Below are positions 58,365 to 64,000 of a stretch of DNA of 64,000 nucleotides, in pieces; the stretch's first letter is position 1; each line of letters opens with the position of its first letter. The notes under the pieces are model-generated. The model did not search any database. It had not been told where the DNA came from and saw nothing but the letters and a program-made list of their open reading frames with translations. The stretch covers positions 132,081-196,080 of the forward strand of contig CAXXWV010000002.1 in NCBI GenBank assembly GCA_963676175.2, given 5' to 3'. The DNA is from Bacteroidales bacterium (lineage in GTDB: Bacteria > Bacteroidota > Bacteroidia > Bacteroidales > VadinHA17). The position numbers were made by a program, and so were the translations under genes.

Positions 58365-59753
58365 TTACCTTACTTTCATGAACATCCTGTTGAAACGGAT
58401 GCTCTTTAACCCTTTGGCTTCCTTGTCGAGCGACAGCCAGATGAACTTGGGCTTTCCTACAATATGATCTTCCGGAACAAATCCCCAGTACCGTGAGTCG
58501 GCTGAATTATGCCTGTTATCTCCCATCATCCAGTAGTAGTCCATCTTGAAGGTATAACTGTCTGCCGGTTTATTATTTATATAGATCTTATCGCCTTCAA
58601 CTCTCAGGTCATTGGCTTCATAAACATCTATAATTCTTTCATAAAGGCATAAATTCGATGTGTCCAGCTTAACAGTCGCTCCTTTGGCCGGGATCCATAT
58701 AGGACCATAATTGTCTTCATTCCATCCATAGACAGCGCTGTACGGAAAAATATGCGGAGCGAATTCACCTTTCCTGGCCACAACTGAAGCTACCTCCGTT
58801 ACATTGGAAAACCTTCCGATCGTTTCGGCATTGCCTTTTGTGAGAGGCAACAGATAGGCTGAACCTGAAATCATTGACTGGTCCGATTTGTATATGTTCA
58901 GTCTCTCGAACGCCTTCGGATTAATTGTTGTACCATTTGTCTGGACCACATAGGTGGTCTGCTGCGTGGTATTCTCAGGTACAACCTTGCCATTCACATA
59001 TACAACACCTTCCTTAATAGTAAGTGAATCACCAGGAATACCAATGCATCTCTTTACATAGTTATCTCTCCGGTCAACCGGTCTGAATATAATAGTATAT
59101 TTGCTCTTTATCTCATCACGGGCTATCTTCATATAATAGCCTTCAGGCTTTGCCGGAGAGCCGCTGTAAGTATCCCTTGCCTTGAGATCCCTGGCGCTCC
59201 TCCTCACAATTTCATAATAACTTGTAGTTGTCTCCTCCAATACAACTGTATCGCCCGCGGGAAAATTGAAAACTATAGGATCATTATTCTTTACTCTGCC
59301 GCAACCTACAAGCCTTTTGTATTTCCAGAGAACAAGGTTAGACCACGACTGTCCTTTAGTCAGTGGCATAGTATTTTGTGTAAAAGGAAAGGCAAGCGGA
59401 GTATTAGGCATCCTCGGACCATAAGCAAGTTTGCTCACAAAAAGATGATCTCCGACAAGCAGCGATTTTTCCATCGATGGAGTTGGAATCCGGTAATTCT
59501 GAAACAGAAATATATTTATAAGCGTAACGGCTATTACCGCAAAAATCAGAGCATCAAGCCATTCAACAAAAGTACTGTTTTTGCCATGACGCTTCTTCCA
59601 GAAAGTCCAGTTCACCTTTTCAGTGATATACAGATCGTAAATGATCCCAAGCCCGAGCAACAGCCAGTAATTGCCAATCCAGATGACAATGAGCAGATAT
59701 ATGACAGCAGCAATACCGAACCTGGTATACTTTTTAGACAAAAATTCCTTCAT
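58365..59753 (-). CDS. lepB: signal peptidase I
   Basis: Has the catalytic Ser box PTPSMEKSLLVGD, the Lys box YVKRCIG and box E GDNRHNSADSRYWG. Confidence 0.9.
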   Translation of the reverse strand: MKEFLSKKYTRFGIAAVIYLLIVIWIGNYWLLLGLGIIYDLYITEKVNWTFWKKRHGKNSTFVEWLDALIFAVIAVTLINIFLFQNYRIPTPSMEKSLLVGDHLFVSKLAYGPRMPNTPLAFPFTQNTMPLTKGQSWSNLVLWKYKRLVGCGRVKNNDPIVFNFPAGDTVVLEETTTSYYEIVRRSARDLKARDTYSGSPAKPEGYYMKIARDEIKSKYTIIFRPVDRRDNYVKRCIGIPGDSLTIKEGVVYVNGKVVPENTTQQTTYVVQTNGTTINPKAFERLNIYKSDQSMISGSAYLLPLTKGNAETIGRFSNVTEVASVVARKGEFAPHIFPYSAVYGWNEDNYGPIWIPAKGATVKLDTSNLCLYERIIDVYEANDLRVEGDKIYINNKPADSYTFKMDYYWMMGDNRHNSADSRYWGFVPEDHIVGKPKFIWLSLDKEAKGLKSIRFNRMFMKVR

Positions 59754-59790
59754 AATTACATTATTGACATGGTAAAAGTAAAAATAATTA

Positions 59791-60507
59791 TCAGAATCCC
59801 ATTATTTCCTTCATTGTGAAAACACCTTTCCGTGAATGAATATACTCGGCAGCAACAACAGCACCGAGAGCCAGGCCTTTCCTGTTCCTGGCCTCATGCC
59901 TCAGTATTATCCTGTCAACATCTGATTCCCACGTCACCGTATGAGTTCCCGGAACATCACCTTCCCTGACAGCACGGACCGGGATCATCCCATCCTCTTT
60001 ATTATCTTCAAAACACCATCCCCTGTAACCAGAATGTCCTTGCAGGATACCTCTTACAAGCGAAATCGCGGTACCGCTGGGAGCATCCAGCTTTTTTGTA
60101 TGATGTATCTCTTCTACCGATACGGTATAATCGTCATATTTTGATATATGCCTGGCAAGTTCCTCATTAAGCATCATCAACAAATTCACGCCTATACTGA
60201 AATTCGAGGAATGAATAAAAGAAGTATTCCTGCTTCTGCAGGTGGATGCTGCCTTTTCATAGTTATCCAACCAACCGGTGGTACCTGAAACTACCGGCAC
60301 GGATAACTCAAGGCATTTAATAACATTCTCAAAGGCGGATGAGGGTGAAGAAAACTCAATCACAACATCTATCCCGGCAAGCTTCTCCCCGCAGAGATCA
60401 TTCATATTGTCAATATCGATTATCAAACCGATCTTATGTCCTCGTCTGATAGCCATCGCTTCAATCTCATGCCCCATCCTTCCGTAACCTATCAATGCAA
60501 TATTCAT
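59791..60507 (-). CDS. dapB: 4-hydroxy-tetrahydrodipicolinate reductase
   Basis: Has MNIALIGYGRMG and EIHHTKKLDAPSGTA. The ATG at 60505-60507 is preferred over the ORF-track 60588. Confidence 0.9.
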   Translation of the reverse strand: MNIALIGYGRMGHEIEAMAIRRGHKIGLIIDIDNMNDLCGEKLAGIDVVIEFSSPSSAFENVIKCLELSVPVVSGTTGWLDNYEKAASTCRSRNTSFIHSSNFSIGVNLLMMLNEELARHISKYDDYTVSVEEIHHTKKLDAPSGTAISLVRGILQGHSGYRGWCFEDNKEDGMIPVRAVREGDVPGTHTVTWESDVDRIILRHEARNRKGLALGAVVAAEYIHSRKGVFTMKEIMGF

Positions 60508-60682
60508 AATGCAGTTTTTATTTTGCGAAAATACCTGTTTTAAATTGGCCTGCAACGTTTCTCTCCCTAAAAGTACAGGAAGGTACATATCAGCATTCCA
60601 TTATCGCGATTAAGAATAATGTCAGATCAATATACTGTATTCCAAATAAATATATATATTGAACACACGAAACACTAAGATC

Positions 60683-62371
60683 ATGAAAAACACAATCTCA
60701 TTATTATCAATTATATACATACTATGTCTCTGTTCATGCTCAGAGAGAGAGAAAGCTGACCTCGTGATCCTGAACGGGAAAGTTCTTACTATAGATAAAG
60801 ATCACCCTACGGCGGAAGCCATTGCCATATGCGGCGAAATGATCACTTCCGTCGGGACCAACGAACAAATCTCCCGGTTGATAGTCAGAGGGACAACCAC
60901 AGTAATAGATGCAAAAGGAAGGCTTGTTATTCCAGGGTTCAATGACGCTCATGTTCATTTCGGTCCTCTCGATCCGGATTATATAGAACTAAGATATACA
61001 ACTGATCCGTCTGTCATAACACGGAAGGTAAAAGAACAGGTTGCCAGGTCAAAACCCGGTGAACTGATTAGAGGCGGACATTGGGAACATGAGATGTTCA
61101 TTGACAAAAAATGGCCCACCAGGGAACTCATCGACAAGGTTTCTCCTGACAATCCGGTGATTCTCAGCAGGGCCGACGGGCATTCGGTTCTTGTGAATTC
61201 GTATGTTCTGAAAGCTTCCGGAATTACCAGATCCACTCCGAATCCTTTCGGAGGTGAAATACAGAAAGATCCTGTTACCGGTGAGCCAACAGGGATATTG
61301 AAAGAGAATGCAGAAGGTCTGGTGGTCTCTGGTGAAATAAAACCGGCAAGAACGAAGGAAGAAGAAGATGCAAGGACCTGGCAGGGTTATCTCATTGCCC
61401 TGAAGGAAGCGCGTGAACTGGGAGTTACAAGCCTGCAGGTGCCTGGAGCCGCGGATTTTGATGCATATGTAAGACTTCAGCATGAAGGCTTTCTCACGAG
61501 CAGGATAGATATCGGAGAGCCACTCACCGGTGATACTTCTAAACTTAAGGAATATTCTCTCCTGATTAAAGCGTATCCGAGGACCGGGAACTGGATCAGG
61601 TTCGGTTATCTGAAATGCTTCATTGACGGCACAATCGGTTCAGGAACGGCACTTATGTTCGAGCCTTTCTCTGATAATCCCAAATCATGCGGACTATCAA
61701 TGATGCCGTACGAAGAATTTGAAAACATGGTTATCTCTGCCGATAAAATGGGCTTCCAGATTGGTGTCCATTCGATTGGCGATAAGGGAAACAACTGGAC
61801 ACTGAACGCCTTTGAAAAAGCTATGAAAATCAATGGAAAACGCGACAGCAGACACAGGGATGAACATGCACAAACACTGCAGCCTTCAGATATACCCAGA
61901 TTCGCTGGTTTGGGTGTGATAGCCTCCATGCAGCCCACACATTGCATTTCCGACAAAAAATTCTGCGTCAAAAGGATGGGCGCGGAAAGAGCCAGGGGAG
62001 CATATGCATGGAAAAGTCTTGCGGATGCCGGAGCCATTCTTGCATTTGGAACAGATTACCAGGTTGAACCATTGAATCCGATGGAGGGCCTGTATGCATC
62101 TGTTACCAGGAAAGACAGATTAGGTGAAGAGGGTGAAGGCTGGTATCCGGAACAAAAAATATCAATGACTGACGCGATCAGATACTATACCCTGGGCTCG
62201 GCATACGCTCAGTTCATGGACGACAGAAAGGGTATGATAAGAAAAGGTTATCTGGCCGATATCGTCATTACTGACAAAGACCTGCTGACCATTCCTGAAA
62301 AGGAGATCATGAAAACAAAGATCGACTATACTATCACCGGGGGTAAGATTGTCTATCAGTCAGGGAAATAA
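60683..62371 (+). CDS. amidohydrolase-family (Amidohydro_3-like) metal-dependent hydrolase, lipoprotein
   Basis: Has a lipobox (ILCLCSCS) and the metal motif FNDAHVHF. The C-terminal GYLADIVI motif is typical of this family. Confidence 0.8.
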   Translation: MKNTISLLSIIYILCLCSCSEREKADLVILNGKVLTIDKDHPTAEAIAICGEMITSVGTNEQISRLIVRGTTTVIDAKGRLVIPGFNDAHVHFGPLDPDYIELRYTTDPSVITRKVKEQVARSKPGELIRGGHWEHEMFIDKKWPTRELIDKVSPDNPVILSRADGHSVLVNSYVLKASGITRSTPNPFGGEIQKDPVTGEPTGILKENAEGLVVSGEIKPARTKEEEDARTWQGYLIALKEARELGVTSLQVPGAADFDAYVRLQHEGFLTSRIDIGEPLTGDTSKLKEYSLLIKAYPRTGNWIRFGYLKCFIDGTIGSGTALMFEPFSDNPKSCGLSMMPYEEFENMVISADKMGFQIGVHSIGDKGNNWTLNAFEKAMKINGKRDSRHRDEHAQTLQPSDIPRFAGLGVIASMQPTHCISDKKFCVKRMGAERARGAYAWKSLADAGAILAFGTDYQVEPLNPMEGLYASVTRKDRLGEEGEGWYPEQKISMTDAIRYYTLGSAYAQFMDDRKGMIRKGYLADIVITDKDLLTIPEKEIMKTKIDYTITGGKIVYQSGK

Positions 62372-62446
62372 GATAGTTGCACCAGATCTTCATAATTTGC
62401 TGTAGTTAATACTGAAGAGGGTAAATTTCCGAAACATCCGGTTGAA

Positions 62447-62689
62447 TCATTCTGACAGGGAATAAAGTATCCTGAATGCTTCATCCCTGTCGGAACCGCA
62501 GAACTCGGCCTCCGCTTTAAAATCACCGCAAACTTTGGGCCGCGACGGATCGTTGAACAAGGAGCACCTGTAATCCTCCAGTAAGTGTATGCATCTCTCC
62601 CCTACCGCCTTTCCATCAGGCATCCCGGGAATATGAGAAGAAATAGATAATGCAATGCAGCAGGCTCCGCAACCGGGACGACAATCCAT
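62447..62689 (-). CDS. YkgJ-family cysteine-cluster protein
   Basis: 80 aa with CRPGCGACC and CSLFNDPSRPKVC. Confidence 0.75.
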   Translation of the reverse strand: MDCRPGCGACCIALSISSHIPGMPDGKAVGERCIHLLEDYRCSLFNDPSRPKVCGDFKAEAEFCGSDRDEAFRILYSLSE

Positions 62690-62883
62690 TTTCGAGATGT
62701 TATGAGTTACGAGATAGAAGTTATTTTGGTGCTATAAATGATTCTGCGAAGTTAATTATTTATTTTTTTGACATCTGCTGATCAGAAAATATCTTCAATA
62801 CCTAAGCCCCTGGCATATAACCGCTGAAACCTCGCGTTGCACCTATTTATTATTCTTATTACATTTACGCGAAAACAGCCTTG

Positions 62884-63567
62884 ATGAGAATCGATATCCT
62901 TACAGTCCTTCCTGAATTGCTTGAAAGCCCGTTAAATTATTCAATTGTAAAAAGGGCCAGGGAAAAAAAGCTGGTTGAGATAAATGTCATCAATCTCAGG
63001 GATTTTGCCTCAGATAAGTATAAAAGCGTCGATGATTATGCTTTCGGTGGTGGTGCCGGCATGGTAATGATGATTGAACCTGTTTTCAAAGCAATCAGTA
63101 AACTAAAGAGTGAAAGAGTATATGATGAAATAATCTATACCTCGCCTGACGGAGAACAGTTCACGCAAAAAATGGCGAACATGCTGTCGATGAAAGACAA
63201 TATTCTGATACTTGCAGGCCATTATAAAGGAATCGATCAGCGCGTACGCGATCATCTGGTAACAAGGGAAATATCAATAGGAGATTATGTGCTTTCAGGA
63301 GGGGAAATTCCCGCAGCCGCCATCACTGATGCAATTGTAAGACTTATTCCCGGGGCAATGTCAGATGAACAATCAGCACTATCAGATTCCTTTCAGGACG
63401 ATCTCCTTGCTCCTCCGGTATATACACGCCCTTCTGAGTTTATGGGCTGGAAAGTTCCGCCTGTCCTGCTTTCCGGAAATACGGCGGAGATAGATAAATG
63501 GAGACACGAACAATCTGTTGAAAGAACAAGAAAACTAAGACCTGACCTTGATACATATGAAGACTAA
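62884..63567 (+). CDS. trmD: tRNA (guanine37-N1)-methyltransferase
   Basis: Motifs seen are [24 protein letters not shown] and [11 protein letters not shown]. Confidence 0.92.
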   Translation: MRIDILTVLPELLESPLNYSIVKRAREKKLVEINVINLRDFASDKYKSVDDYAFGGGAGMVMMIEPVFKAISKLKSERVYDEIIYTSPDGEQFTQKMANMLSMKDNILILAGHYKGIDQRVRDHLVTREISIGDYVLSGGEIPAAAITDAIVRLIPGAMSDEQSALSDSFQDDLLAPPVYTRPSEFMGWKVPPVLLSGNTAEIDKWRHEQSVERTRKLRPDLDTYED

Positions 63568-64000
63568 TTATCGTTTTGCCGGAGTATTGTTCATCTCAAT
63601 GCTCCTGTTATTTATGACTTCCTGTACGACTGTTCCGGTAACAGATCATCTGAAACAGGGTTTTATCAATCCTCCCGACTCTGCCCGACCTGGAGTATAC
63701 TGGTACTTCATGGATGGCAACCTGAACAAGCAGGCTATGACCGAGGATCTTGAATCCATGAAAAAAGCCGGTATCGGCTATGTTCTGTTTCTTGAAGTGA
63801 ATGTTGGCATTCCAAGAGGAAAGATCAATCTCCTGAGCGATGAATGGCAGGATCTTTACCGGCATGCAATAAAGGAAGCTGAAAGGCTTGGCATCAGAGT
63901 GGTTATGGGTTCGGGCCCAGGCTGGGCCGGAAGTGGCGGACCATGGGTGACACCGGAGCAATCGATGTCGCATCTTGTTTCCGCTGATACCCTGGTGTCG
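63557..64000 (+). CDS. glycoside hydrolase-like lipoprotein, 5' part (runs off the right edge)
   Basis: The ATG at 63557 overlaps the trmD stop. Has a lipobox (LFMTSC). [34 protein letters not shown] resembles the N-terminus of a Bacteroidota glycosidase family (possibly GH106-like). The frame is open to nt 64000. Confidence 0.6.
   Translation, partial: MKTNYRFAGVLFISMLLLFMTSCTTVPVTDHLKQGFINPPDSARPGVYWYFMDGNLNKQAMTEDLESMKKAGIGYVLFLEVNVGIPRGKINLLSDEWQDLYRHAIKEAERLGIRVVMGSGPGWAGSGGPWVTPEQSMSHLVSADTLVS

Noticed and set aside
63608-63973. 121-aa minus-strand ORF at the right edge
   Set aside because: It is antisense to an open plus-strand frame that has a lipoprotein signal and a recognisable glycosidase-type N-terminus.
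1-64000. CRISPR arrays, rRNA genes, integrase/att sites, toxin-antitoxin pairs
   Set aside because: No regularly spaced direct repeats, no rRNA-like sequence, and no tyrosine or serine recombinase ORF were seen. The tRNA-Leu genes show no adjacent integrase or duplicated 3' tRNA segment.

Overview
This window looks like a chromosomal segment of a Bacteroidota genome. Three things support that: many TAnnTTTG -7 promoter boxes just upstream of genes, gene content rich in TPR/LuxR, SBBP, PKD and FtsX-permease proteins and glycoside hydrolases, and the carboxynorspermidine polyamine route. Most of the window is ordinary core DNA. It carries recF-DUF721, TPR-ribH, AddAB-like helicase/nuclease genes, mnmA, an M1 aminopeptidase, nspC plus carboxynorspermidine synthase, and trkH. 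It also carries an AmgK/MurU cell-wall sugar salvage cluster with a GH3/beta-lactamase-fold fusion, GH2 and GH29 genes, two tRNA-Leu genes, lysC-lysA, thrS-infC-rpmI-rplT, dapB-lepB and trmD. The stand-out is a roughly 5.7 kb strongly AT-rich island (about 2029-7727) between recF and the TPR-ribH genes, bounded on both sides by dead IS elements. The left boundary is an IS66 transposase C-terminal stub. The right boundary is a roughly 0.9 kb degenerate IS with inverted repeats and in-frame stops. Inside the island is a tightly packed four-gene minus-strand operon. It encodes a soluble triple-GAF histidine kinase, a receiver-only response regulator and two small membrane proteins I cannot place in any family. 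The operon has no DNA-binding or enzymatic output domain. I flag it as the best candidate for an undescribed system: two-component signalling coupled to membrane effectors, possibly defence or abortive-infection-like. Secondary observations are a candidate Lys-codon leader-peptide attenuator upstream of lysC, a non-canonical infC start preceded by AGGAGG, and an apparently leaderless mnmA. All calls come from reading the sequence and ORF translations by eye; no database searches were run.
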